DNA of 64,000 nucleotides from Squalus acanthias. Its lineage: Eukaryota. Location: positions 1 to 64,000 of the forward strand of contig JASTWF010000324.1 in assembly GCA_030390025.1 (NCBI GenBank), written 5' to 3'. Below, piece after piece: positions 47,431 through 59,938 of this stretch (positions within the stretch are counted from its first letter, which is position 1; every line of letters begins with the position of its first letter). The position numbers were made by a program, and so were the translations under genes. The notes under the pieces are model-generated. The model was not told where the DNA came from. It did no database searches and saw nothing but the letters and a program-made list of their open reading frames with translations.

Positions 47431-47760
47431 ATCATAGAATCATGGAATACAGCACAGGAGGAGGCCATTCGGCCCATCGTGCCTGTGCCGGCTCTTTGAA
47501 AGAGCTCTCCAATTAGTCCCACTCCCCCCTGCTCTTTCCTCATAGCCCTGCAAATTTTTCCTTTTCAAGTATTTGTCCAATTCCCGATTGAAAGTTATTA
47601 TTGAATCTGCTTCCAACGTCCTTTCAGACAGAGCATTCCAGATCATGACAAAAAAATTCTCATCTTCTCCCCTCGGGTTCTTTTGCTGATCATCTTCAAT
47701 CTGTGCCCTCCTGCCAGTGGAAATGGTTTCTCCCGATCTACTCCATTAAAACCCCTCAGA
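47431..47760 (-). mobile_element. CR1 LINE 3' end fragment
   Basis: Reverse complement of the CR1 3' UTR (ggccattcggcccatc, atcatagaatc tail); the minus-strand translation IWNALSERTLEADSIITFNRELDKYL resembles a CR1 ORF2 C-terminus. Confidence 0.8.
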
Positions 47761-47789
47761 ATGGTTCACACCCTCAAATATTCACATCA

Positions 47790-49061
<1,272 letters not shown>

Positions 49062-49754
49062 TCAATTGGCAGCACCAATGTAGACAGGTCGCAGCAGGGC
49101 ACAGTGGGCTTGCTCGTATCACAAACTTCATTTACACCTGGGCGGGCAGTCAGTGTCCGTGTACCCTTGCCCTACCCCAGGAACCTGGTCAATCAGCAGG
49201 TGCACAAGCAGCACCAGGTGGTGGAGGCGCTGTAGAAATTATTTTTTTTAAACTACACTCGCCATTCTATCACCAAGCATATTTTCCATAATTCAGAAGA
49301 AATGGGGGGCATGGGGTTGGACTCAGCCCTTGGGACAGAATGAGAAACAGGTGGCTATCTTAACTGTGAACAGATGCAAGGAAAGTGGCAGAGGGGCTGC
49401 CTTGGTGACACTGGTCATGATGAATATCAACACCAATATGCAAGCGATTGCACACCCACATCCTGAGTGCAGCTAACACTGATTAATACCGGAGATCAGC
49501 AACACATCCATCAGCTGCCAGAGCACTTAATGGCAGCAGTCAGATCTGTATTTACCGCACAAATCCAACCTTCTCCTGTCTATTTCATCCATGATATTGT
49601 CTCTCAACTTTCTGCTCTTGTTCCTCCTGATCTGCAAATGTTCCGTCCCGTACACCTTTTCCCGCCCTGCGCCCTCACGGTGTCGAGATAGAGAGCCATC
49701 GCAACGTGTAGAAAGCTCAGACGCCCGCCTGCTTGTTGTCCCATTTGCCCCTCA

Positions 49755-50098
49755 TCCCCATCCTCACTGACCTACACTGTCCCCCATCCTCACTGACCTA
49801 CACTGTCCCCCATCCTCACTGACCTACACTGTCCCCATCCTCACTGACCTACACTGTCCCCATCCTCATTGACCTACACTGTCCCCCATCCTCACTGACC
49901 TACACTGTCCCCCATCCTCACTGACCTACACTGTCCCCCATCCTCACTGACCTACACTGTCCCCCATCCTCACTGACCTACACTGTCCTCCATCCTCACT
50001 GACCTACACTGTCCCCCATCCTCACTGACCTACACTGTCCCCCATCCTCACTGACCTACACTGTCCCCCATCCTCACTGACCTACACTGTCCCCCATC
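49755..50098. repeat. 26-bp minisatellite CCCCCATCCTCACTGACCTACACTGT (~13 copies)
   Basis: Visible tandem units. Confidence 0.95.
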
Positions 50099-50244
50099 AC
50101 AGTGAATTTAAAATCTTCACAATAACAACAACAACTTGCATTCATATAGCGCCTTTAACGTAATGCCCCAGTGTGACAGTCTTCGATATCCCACACTCTC
50201 CTCTGTGGTACCAAGAAGTTTGTTACGGCTAGACCACACCAGGC

Positions 50245-50360
50245 TCTGGGAAAGGAGCAGGGGGGGAGTGGGACTGATTGGGGAGCTCGTTCAAAGAGCC
50301 GGCACAGGCACAATGGGCCGAATGGCCTCCTTCTGTGCAGTATGATTCTATGAGTCTATG
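50245..50360 (+). mobile_element. CR1 3' UTR fragment
   Basis: Forward-strand match to the element at 47431-47540; ends in tatgattctatg. Confidence 0.7.
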
Positions 50361-50544
50361 TGACGACAGATCTGAGATCCTAATTTTGATGACCAGCTGT
50401 TTAACTGATTTTTTTTTGTTAAACTGTTCTCTTCACAACATGCTCAATAGAGCGGATACAAAACACCACAGTTGGCGTTCTTAAAAGATTTAAAGGTGGA
50501 GGCGGGAATTAATGTATTTCTTCATAATACATACGAGTCGGCTA

Positions 50545-50970
50545 TGCCCAGTGGCCGCACTCTCTCACCTCAGCAGGTTGTGGGCTCGAGCCACAAGTCC
50601 AGGACATGAGCCCAAAATGCAGGCCGACACTCCCGGTGCCAGTATTGAGGGAGTGCAGCACTGTCGGAGGTGCCGCCTATCGGATGAGGCCGGTTAAACC
50701 GAGGCCCCGTCTGCCCTCTCGGGTGGATGTGAAAGATCACGCGGCACTCCTGGTAGAACAGCAGAGTTCCCACTGGTTCGACCGATAATCCCTCCCTCAA
50801 CCAAAACCAGATTGACTAATCGTTCATCTTGCGGTTTGTGGGATCTTGCTGTGCCTAAAATGGCTGCTGCATTTGCCTAGGCAACAACAGTTACTGCATT
50901 CCAGAGTAATTCATCGTATGGCGCGCACTTGGAGCCGTTTCTGAGAGCGATCAGGTGCGATATAAATTCA
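50545..50970 (+). mobile_element. Degraded tRNA-derived SINE
   Basis: Collinear similarity to 52134-52590. Confidence 0.65.
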
Positions 50971-51507
50971 CACGCTGTTCTTTAACCTTCCTTCCCTTTC
51001 CCGCTCAGCCCCTGGGAAACTCTGGCAGGCCTCCCCTCCCTCCCCAAGTGGAGAGGGAGACTCCCGCTGCGATCCTCGCCTCCTGTTGGCTAGGCTGCCG
51101 GTGATGGTCCCGCTCAGACTCCGCCAGGATCAGGAGCCCCGAAGTTATTTATAAGCATTAAACGCACTGCATATTTCACACCATTAAATAAATAATGATC
51201 AATTTTTGTCAAATGTGCTGATTCTTATTCCCCGACAGAGTGTATCAAATAATGGAGGCTCGCTGTAAATCGGATTTTTTTTTTTTTCTTTCCTGAGTTT
51301 CGACCAATTTTGTTTCAGCCAACTCTGATTCAGGTCATTTTCTCAATTCAATAAATCTCCTCTCCAGGATGGTTGTAAAACTTAATTACTTTTCAAAAAA
51401 AATCAAAACTGGTAATTTTCATATCCTTTTCTAATTTACCATTGACTCACTTTCTTTCCTCACTGGGTCTGGTCTGGGACCCACCGTGGGAGCAAGATCA
51501 GAGCCTC

Positions 51508-52012
51508 ACAGCAACAACTGGCATTTATATAGCGCCATTAATGTCGTAAAACGGCCCAAGGTGCTGCACAGGGGCGATTATCAGAAAAAATTTGACGCCG
51601 AGCCACATTAGGACAGGGGCTGGGTCAAAGAGGGCGGTTTTAAGGAGGGTCTTAAAGGAGGAGAGAGAGGCGGAGAGGTTTAGGGAGGGAATTCCAGAGC
51701 TCAGGGCCCAGGCAGCTGAAGGCACGGCCGCCAATGGTGGAGTGATGGAAATCGGGGATGCTCAAGAGGCCAGAATTGGAGGAGTGCAGAGATCTCGGAG
51801 GATTGTGGGGCTGGAGGAGGTTACAGAGAGAGGGAGGGGCGAGGCCATGGAGGGATTTGAAAACAAGGATGAGAATTTTTAAATTGAGGTGAGTGAGCAC
51901 AGGTGGTGATGGGGGAACGGGACTCAGTGCGAGTTAGGATGCGGGCAGTAGAGTTTTGGATGAGATGAAGTTTGTGGAAGGTGGGAGGCCGGCCAGGAGA
52001 GTGTTGGATTAG
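51508..52012 (-). mobile_element. L2-type LINE 3' fragment
   Basis: Minus-strand translations (KLHLIQNSTARILTRT..RSPIT; LKILILVFKSLHGLAPPSL; GGRAFSCLGPELWNSLP) are typical of the L2 ORF2 C-terminus. Confidence 0.8.
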
Positions 52013-52133
52013 TCGACAGACGGGGTCTGTGCTGGGTGAGCTGCCCACCGCTGGAGCGGGCAGTAGTGGCGGTGGGTTATCAACCCTTTAGGATTGTCCT
52101 GGAGTCTCCAGGAATTGAAGTTTAATCTCCAGG

Positions 52134-52590
52134 TGTCAGCCGTGGCTCAGTGGGCAGCACTCTCGCCTCTGCGTCTGAAGATTGTGGGTTCAATCCCCAC
52201 TCCAGAGACTTGAGCACAAAAATCTAGGCTGACACTCCAGTGCAGTGCTGAGGGAGTGCTGCACTGTCGAAGGTGCCGCCTTTCGGATGAGAGGTTAAAC
52301 CAAGTCTGCCCTCTCAGGTGAACGTAAAAGATCCTATGGCGCTATTTCGGAGAAGAGCAGGGGAGTTACCCCCAGTTACCCTGGGGCCAATATTAATCCC
52401 TCAATCAACATCACTAAAACAGATTATCTGGCCATTATCACATTGCTGTTTGTGGGAGCTTGCTGTGTGCAAATTGGCTGCCACGTTTCCTACATTACAA
52501 CAGTGACCACACTTCAAAAGTACTTCATTGGCTGTAAAGCGCTTTGGGACGTCAGGTGGTCATGAAAGGCGCTATAGAAATGCAAGTCTT
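52134..52590 (+). mobile_element. Full-length tRNA-derived SINE (Deu-domain-like by recollection) with probable 8-bp TSD TCTCCAGG
   Basis: A box TGGCTCAGTGG and B box GGTTCAATCC; 3' tail resembles the L2 tail; TCTCCAGG at 52126-52133 and 52591-52598. Confidence 0.85.
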
Positions 52591-53134
52591 TCTCCAGGAC
52601 ACTGCTGGGGAGAAAAATCACTGGGGGCATAAAAAAAATTTGTATTTTCAAAAAAATTGTTTGAACTCTTATTAGTTATAAAAATATCGGCGATGGGGAA
52701 AAGTTGTTTGACCGACAATCAAGAATGATCCAATCAGGTGAAGAAGAGTTTGTTTGCTTTCCGATTGGCCGTGGGATGGTGGGGCGCCGTGAGGTTGGGT
52801 GTGTTGAGCGACCAATGATGGGAGACTGGGGGCGGGGCGGCTGGATGCAGGAATATGTCCAACCCGGGTACACAAACCGACAGGCAACAAGCCCCAAACA
52901 CCATGGGTTTCAGAGGGCGAAAACCAACCAGAACTCCGGCACCTGACCACAACCCAATCACAGCTGCGGGAAAGCATGCAGACATTGAGTGAGCACAGGA
53001 TCGGCTAGAATACCCTCCGTGGTCGATTAGCCTGCTGCCACGCATTGTACAAAAACACACACACAGAAAGGCCACTTCGGTGATGTACAGTGGAAGGTGT
53101 ACTTGGTAAGGGTGTGCTTACTAAGGCAACGATT

Positions 53135-53406
53135 AGAGTAAAGCTCCCTCTACACTGTCCCATCAAACACTCCCAGGGCAGGTACAGCACGGGTTAGATA
53201 CAGAGTAAAGCTCCCTCTACACTGTCCCATCAAACACTCCCAGGGGAGGTACAGCACGGGTTAGATACAGAGTAAAGCTCCCTCTACACTGTCCCATCAA
53301 ACACTCCCAGGGCAGGTACAGCACAGGTTAGATACAGAGTAAAGCTCCCTCTACACTGTCCCATCAAACACTCCCAGGGCAGGTACAGCACGGGTTAGAT
53401 ACAGAG
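53135..53406 (-). repeat. 67-bp satellite, reverse orientation, left of the LTR insertion
   Basis: Reverse complement of the 67-bp unit. Confidence 0.95.
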
Positions 53407-55099
53407 TGTGGTAACACAATACAGCTTCCTGTGACTCGAACTTTATTGCATCACTTCCTGTGATTAGTCCAGGATAAATACTGGACTGATCAGTTGGATC
53501 CTGGAGAGGCATAGAGTAAGACCTCTTTTGTATGTAGCACCTTTTTAGTTGATTAAAGCTTACTTTAAGTTCACCACGCGTAAGGCTCATTCTTACGACA
53601 ATTTAATCAACTTTGGAAAACTTCGCACTCAAACTTTTTGGACGAACTCGGAACTAAGGATCCAGGGAATCACCCATCATGGAAAACATCCTTAAACCAT
53701 CGCGTCTTGACTTGGACCCAAACACCCCAGCAGCCGGTAAGGTGTGGAAACACTGGTATCGCACGTTTGACAATTTTCTGGAATATTGTAAGGCTGATGA
53801 TGACTCAAAGTTGCGGATACTCATCAACTGTGTCACCCCGAATGTATTTCAGTATGTGGAGGAATGGGACAGTTACGAGGAGGCAATTCGGAAGCTTAAG
53901 AGACTATATACTAAGACACCGAATGAGGTCTATGCCAGACATCTACTTGCTACAGCCCAACAAGGGCCGGAGGAATCCATTGATAAATTCCTCCAAGAGC
54001 TTCGCAGACTTAGTATGGACTGTAACTTTCGGGCGGCCTCAGCTGAGCTGTACCGTGAAGAAATGATCCGTGATGCTTTCATCTGCGGGCTTGCCTCCCC
54101 ATTTATACGCCAGCGTCTACTGGAAAGTAAGACACTTGAGCTTCAGAGAGCTTATGACATGGCTTGCTCTCTAGATCTGGCAAAAAGAAATGCAGACCTT
54201 TATACAGTGCCCAGACCTCGGTCTACTGCCTTAACTACAGTCAGGCAATTTAAGAGGCCACAGGTGAACTCTATTAGGGAGGTCTTTATCCCTGACGATC
54301 AATCTGATGACTTCACTGATGAAGAGGATGATGACCCCACTGTGGCAGCCTCTTGGCAATGTAAGAAATGCTTCTTTTGTGGTGATGAGTTCCACCCTCG
54401 GAAATTCTGCCCTGCTCGCAATGCGTTTTGCAGTCATTGCAACAAAAAGGGTCATTTTGCAAAGGTTTGCCTATCAAGAGCCTCTACGAGGGCTTATCAA
54501 GCTAAGTCCTACTGAACTGCCCCGGTAAGGGCCTATCAAGATGTTCCGGCTAAAATCTATCGGGCTTCCTCTCGAAGAAACACACCTAGAGTTTCAGCCA
54601 CTCTTTGTGCAACGACACCAATTACAGCTGCTTGTCCTCAGAACCTATTCCATGCAGCTACAAAAGCATCAATTAATGGACATACTTTAGATGCCTTAAT
54701 TGACTCAGGTAGCACTGATAGTTTCATTAGGGAACAGATTGTTGCAGAGTTAAAGCTACATGTTTTCCCATCGGACCAGGCAGTTGCGATGGCTCAGTCA
54801 TCACTTAATACCAGAATTTCTGGCTTTTGTATGGTTGAAATAACACAATACAGCTTCCTGTGACTCGAACTTCATCCCGGCTCCTAATCTTTTGGGGGGG
54901 GAGAATGTGGTAACACAATACAGCTTCCTGTGACTCGAACTTTATTGCATCACTTCCTGTGATTAGTCCAGGATAAATACTGGACTGATCAGTTGGATCC
55001 TGGAGAGGCATAGAGTAAGACCTCTTTTGTATGTAGCACCTTTTTAGTTGATTAAAGCTTACTTTAAGTTCACCACGCGTAAGGCTCATTCTTACGACA
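53407..55099 (+). mobile_element. Internally deleted non-autonomous Gypsy element (related subfamily), 194-bp LTRs, TSD CAGAG
   Basis: LTRs 53407-53600 and 54906-55099 look identical; CAGAG at 53402-53406 and 55100-55104; PPT retained; RT, RH and IN are absent. Confidence 0.96.
53679..54515 (+). CDS. Gag-only ORF (278 aa), ending at a CGA>TGA stop just after the Zn knuckles
   Basis: Highly similar to the N-terminus of 257..4213; followed by a partial protease remnant to 54840. Confidence 0.8.
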   Translation: MENILKPSRLDLDPNTPAAGKVWKHWYRTFDNFLEYCKADDDSKLRILINCVTPNVFQYVEEWDSYEEAIRKLKRLYTKTPNEVYARHLLATAQQGPEESIDKFLQELRRLSMDCNFRAASAELYREEMIRDAFICGLASPFIRQRLLESKTLELQRAYDMACSLDLAKRNADLYTVPRPRSTALTTVRQFKRPQVNSIREVFIPDDQSDDFTDEEDDDPTVAASWQCKKCFFCGDEFHPRKFCPARNAFCSHCNKKGHFAKVCLSRASTRAYQAKSY

Positions 55100-55250
55100 C
55101 AGAGTAAAGCTCCCTCTACACTGTCCCATCAAACACTCCCAGGGCAGGTACAGCACGGGTTAGATACAGAGTAAAGCTCCCTCTACACTGTCCCATCAAA
55201 CACGCCCAGGGCAGGTACAGCACGGGTTAGATACAGAGTAAAGCGCCCTC
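55100..55250 (-). repeat. 67-bp satellite, reverse orientation, right of the LTR insertion
   Basis: Resumes in register after the TSD. Confidence 0.95.
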
Positions 55251-55251
55251 T

Positions 55252-56007
55252 TTTTTGAATGGTGAGAGACTGGGAAATGTTTGTATTCAGAGGGACCTGG
55301 GTGTCCTTGTACATGAATCACAGAAAGTTAACATGCAGGTACAGCAAACAATTAAGAAAGCAAATGGTATGTTAGCTTTTGTTACAAAGGTATTAGAGTA
55401 TAAGAGTAAGTCTTACTACAATTATATAGGGCATTGGTGAGGTCACAGCTGGAGTACTGTGTACAGTTCTGGTCTCTTTACCTCAGGAAGGATATACTTG
55501 CTTTTAGAGGGAGTGCAACAAAGGTTCACCAGACTGGTTCCTGGGATGGGGGGGATTGTCCCATGAGGAGAGACTGAGTAGACTAGGCCTATATTCCCTA
55601 GAGTTTAGAAGAATGAGAGGTGAATAAATTGAAACATTTAAAATTCTTAAGTGGCTTGACAGGGTTGATGCTGAGAAAATGTTTCCCCTGGCTGGAGAGT
55701 CCAGAACCAGGGGTCACAGTCTCAGAATAAGGGGTCGGCCATTTAAGACTGAGATGAGGAGAAATTTCTTCACTCAGAGGGTGGTGAATCTTTGGAGATC
55801 TCTACCCCAGAGGGCTGTGGAGGCTCAGTCATTGAGTATATTCAAGACCGAGATCGGTAAATATTTGAGAACGAAGGGAATCAAGGGATATGGGGATAGT
55901 GCAGGAAAGTGGAGTTGAGGTCGAAGATCAGCCATGATCTTATTGAATGGCGGAGCAGGCTCGAGGGGCCGAATGGCCGACTCCTGCTCCTAATTCTTAT
56001 GTTCTTA
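55252..56007 (+). mobile_element. 5'-truncated, disrupted CR1 LINE
   Basis: Aligns with 61665-62420; ends tcttatgttctta. Confidence 0.9.
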
Positions 56008-56540
56008 CACTGTCTGTAGGTCCCAGCAGCGATTTATTGATATATACGCTCCCGGAGAGGAAGGCACCACACTGTGCTCGTAAAATCAGAATAAAGAGCC
56101 CTGAGATATCAGCACCGGAGTTGGCCTGAGAGAGGCAGTGCTGCCCTCCTGTGGTCTGAAGGAGAGGTGAGGAAGTTGCAAAGGTGAAAAGATGTCAGTT
56201 CGATCACTGAAACGAGATCCTTCTTAAGCGCAGGACTGTTCCTCACTGCAGACTCAAACACTCAGTACGTACTGCTTCCAGGGGAGCGAAATACAATGTT
56301 AGCTTAATCCCACCTTTACAAATTATACGGTTTGCTGCTTCTGGTAGGTGATTATATAGGTCGTTAATCGGTAACTAATGAGGCACAGGAGTGAAAGTTC
56401 ATTCGAGACCACCAGCGGCGTGATACCGCTGCAAGAAAAAAAGTTGAAATCAACTTGATCAAAATCACCGTGAATTCTCCTTTGCAGAGCATGACCTGCT
56501 GGAATTCAATGGGGAACAAACGTAAACATGGAAATAACCG

Positions 56541-57286
56541 TGGCCCGGATTCTGCGGTCAGCGGCCAATCAACGGTTCACTACACTTACCCACACAAGTG
56601 GGCTTTTACCCTGCGACGTGTGGTAATTAGAGAGCCATTTCGGTGCAGAGCCCTCTACAGGGGATCTGGGACCTGTGCGAACAGGACAAGCAACAGTGTG
56701 TCTCCTCAACCAATCAGATTGAAGAATCCTTACTGAGACATGCAGAGTCTAAACCAGGAAGTGTAAGATAGAATGGTACACTCAATGCCAAATCATGTAC
56801 AGAAAGCAAAATAAAGAGAGGAAAAGAAGGATGGGATTAAGAGAGGGATAAAAGAGACAGAAAAAGTAAAAAAATAGGTTTATTTAAATTTTTAAAAAAT
56901 CTCCAACAATAATTAAAATCTGGAGGAATGAGCCTCCACACTTGTAAAAGTAAATTTTCAAGGTCAGAGTGGTTGTTTGGCAGTAATTAAGACTTATCAC
57001 GCCGTTAAAAATTCACTTACACTTGAATGGATGAGCCCTAACTTTTTCTGACATGTTTAGTGGGTATCTATCACATAAGTACGGCCATGTGCTTGAATGC
57101 TGAGTCTCTCGGTGAGCTGCTGTTACAGCGAAGCTTCTGGAGGAGCAAGGCAACTCGGACAGCAACTTCCTGATTTCCGTGTTTAACTGTGCACGTGCAG
57201 ATGCCGGAAGTTGCCATCTGATTTACTCCTTAATAACGGTGAGCGCTGATAGCCTCATCATTATTCCTACCGCAAAATCCGGGCCA
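56541..57286. mobile_element. MITE-like non-autonomous DNA transposon
   Basis: 18-bp TIRs TGGCCCGGATTCTGCGGT / ACCGCAAAATCCGGGCCA with one mismatch; no coding capacity; no clear TSD. Confidence 0.6.
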
Positions 57287-57305
57287 ATCTATTCTTTTAC
57301 TTAAC

Positions 57306-57575
57306 TGTGTCAGCTCCTGTACATGTACTGTACACAGCGGGTAAAAGGGAACGATTCACTCCCCTCTGGGACTGTACGGCCCGTGTGTGTCTCAGTGTCG
57401 GCTCCTGTACATGTACAGCACACAGCGGGTAAAAGGGAACGATTCACTCCCTGTCTGGTACTGTACGGCCCCTGTGTGTCTCAGTGTCAGCTCCTGTACA
57501 GGTACAGTAGACACAGCGGGTAAAAGGGGACGATTCATTCCCGCCCGGTACTGTACGGCCCGTGTGTATCTCAGT
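57306..57575. repeat. ~88-89-bp tandem repeat, 3 diverged copies
   Basis: Units start near 57307, 57395 and 57484 (gtgtcagctcctgtaca...cagcgggtaaaaggg...ctgtacggccc). Confidence 0.85.
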
Positions 57576-57599
57576 ACCAATTCTGGAGCTATACATTAG

Positions 57600-58290
57600 A
57601 GTGTCATAGAATTTTACAGCAGAGAAGGAGGCCATTCGGCCCATCGTGCCTGTACTGGATCTCTGAAAAAGCTATTCACTCAGTCCCATTTCCCTGCCCT
57701 TACCCAATATCGTTTAAAATGTTTATTTTACAAATATTTCTCCACTTTGCTTCTAAAATTACTTCTAGATTCTGCTTCCCGCACAGTTTCTGGCCGGGTA
57801 TTCCACGTCCTAACACCCCTTACCATAAAGAGTGTCTGCCAACGCTCCCTTTGTTCTTTTGCAGATGACTTTAAATTGATGCCCTCGAGTGACCATCTCA
57901 CCGAGCAGTGGAAATAATTGTTCCCAATTTACCTTAGTGATGCCCCTCATCATTCTGAACGCTTCCCTCAGATCTCCTCTTAACCTTCCTTGTTAAAGAT
58001 AAAGAGCCCCAGTTCCCCTGCTCTTTCCTTACACCATCCCTGTTTACTCAGTCAATCTTCTCTACCCTCTCCACGGCCTTGACATCCTCCTTAAAATGAG
58101 GTGCCCAAAACTCCACACATTGACACGGAATTATCCAGCACAGAAACAGGCCATTCAGCCCGACTGATTTATGGCAGGGTTTGTGCTCCACACAAGCCTC
58201 ACTGATGCCTTCCAGTGATTTACAAAGGTTCAGCATCACCTCTTTGCTTTTGTACTCCAACTTATAAAACTTGGGATCCTATAAGCTTTT
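57600..58290 (-). mobile_element. Old CR1 fragment(s), reverse orientation
   Basis: CR1 3' UTR motif ggccattcggcccatc at ~57630; minus-strand remnants MEYKSKEVML and CVEFWAPHFKEDVKAVERV. Confidence 0.6.
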
Positions 58291-58304
58291 TTTTTACAGC
58301 TTTC

Positions 58305-58705
58305 CCATGAGTGTAGAAGATTAAGGGCTGACCTAACTGAGGCGTTTAGAATAATAAAAGCATTTGATAGGGTGGATCGAGAGAAACTATTTCCTCTGGT
58401 GGGGGGAGTCCAGAGCAAGGGGGTATAACCTTAAAATTAGAGCCAGGCCGTTCAGGGGTGATGTCAGGAAGCACTTCTTCACACAAAGGGTAGTGGAAAT
58501 CTGAAACTCAGTCCCACAAAAAGCTGTTGAGGCTGGGGGTCAATCGAATATTTCAAAACTGAGATTGATAGATTTTTGCTGGGTAAGGATATTAAAGTTT
58601 ATGGAACCAAGGCAGGTAGATGGAGTTGAGGTGCAGATCAGCCCTGATCTCATTGAATGGCGGAGCGGGCTTGAGGGGCTGAATGGCCTCCTCCTGTTCC
58701 TATGG
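58305..58705 (+). mobile_element. CR1 3' fragment
   Basis: Similar to 62020-62410; ends gaatggcctcctcctgttcctatg. Confidence 0.8.
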
Positions 58706-59361
58706 TGATCAACTTGTCCTCTCACTTTTAAAGATGTGTGTATCTGACCCACCCAGCGCCGTGCACAGCAAGTAACAGTGAATAACTCGCTCCAGCTCGG
58801 TACAGCACGGCTCGTGTGTGCCTCGGGATCAGCTCCTGGACCTGTGGAGCAGGTTTTGAAGAGCAGGATGAGATTTTTTATTCGTTCATGGGGTGTGAGC
58901 GTCGCTGCACTGTCTGAAGAAAGAGCAGTGATCACCTGTCCCGGGTGTCAGATGAGGAGAGCGGTGGGGAGTTCAGAACCCGGCTTACCTGCGCTGATAT
59001 TAATTAGAGAAAAACTGTTGTGTAAATTGGAGCCAGGTGCAGGAGAAGCAATGTCCTCGCACTGATACCACAAGTCATCATTAAAACAGGGACAGAGTTC
59101 AGAGCCGCGCACCACCCGCCTCTACCAAATGCTGGGTAATTAGGTGTTAAATTGTCAGTGTGTAATTAATATTTGACTGTCAGGGTTTTTAAATAAACAA
59201 TGAGTTGTGGTGCCAATTTCATTTAAACTTCACAGCTATAACTGTGAGAATGAAACCAGACTGTGGCTTAAAGCACTCATCGTCGATCAGACAGCCCCGG
59301 GATGGAAATCCAATCTGTGCCCAGATAGCTGACCTCAGTGGGGGAGTGATAGCAGAGCTGG

Positions 59362-59914
59362 AGCCGGACTCAGTGTCCCGGGATTGGGAGACTCCGCAAC
59401 CGGACTCAGTGTCCCGGGATTGGGAGACTCCGGAACCGGACTCAGTGTCCCGGGATTGGGAGACTCCGGAACCAGACTCAGTGTCCCAGGATTGGGAGAC
59501 TCCGGAACCAGACTCAGTGTCCCGGGATTAGGAGACTCCGGAACCGGAATCAGTGTCCCGGGATTGGGCGACTCCGTAACCAGACTCAGTGTCCCAGGAT
59601 TGGGAGACTCCGGAACCAGACTCAGTGTCCCAGGATTGGGAGACTCCGGAACCAGACTCAGTGTCCGGGGATTGGGAGACTCCGGAACCGGACTCAGTGT
59701 CCCAGGATTGGGAGACTCCGGAATCGGACTCGGTGTCTGGGGATTAGGAGACTCCGGAACCGGACTCAGTGTCCCGGGATTGGGAGATTCTGGAACCGGA
59801 CTCAGTGTCCCGGGATTGGGAGACTCCGGAACCGGACTCAGTGTCCCAGGATTGGGAGACTCCGGAACCGGACTCAGTGTCCCGGGATTGGGAGATTCCG
59901 GAACCGGACTCAGT
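59362..59914. repeat. 36-bp minisatellite CCGGACTCAGTGTCCCGGGATTGGGAGACTCCGGAA (~15 copies)
   Basis: Visible tandem units; the ORF track shows 12-aa periodicity. Confidence 0.95.
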
Positions 59915-59938
59915 GATATGTCCTGCTCCTGGTATCAC

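Noticed and set aside
52140..52205. tRNA gene
   Set aside because: The A/B boxes belong to a SINE head that continues into the SINE body; no convincing acceptor stem.
59362..59914. Relationship between this 36-bp repeat and the large 36-bp array
   Set aside because: Only a ~12-bp near match (ACTCAGTGTCCC vs reverse-strand ACTGAGTGTCCC); the rest of the units is unrelated.
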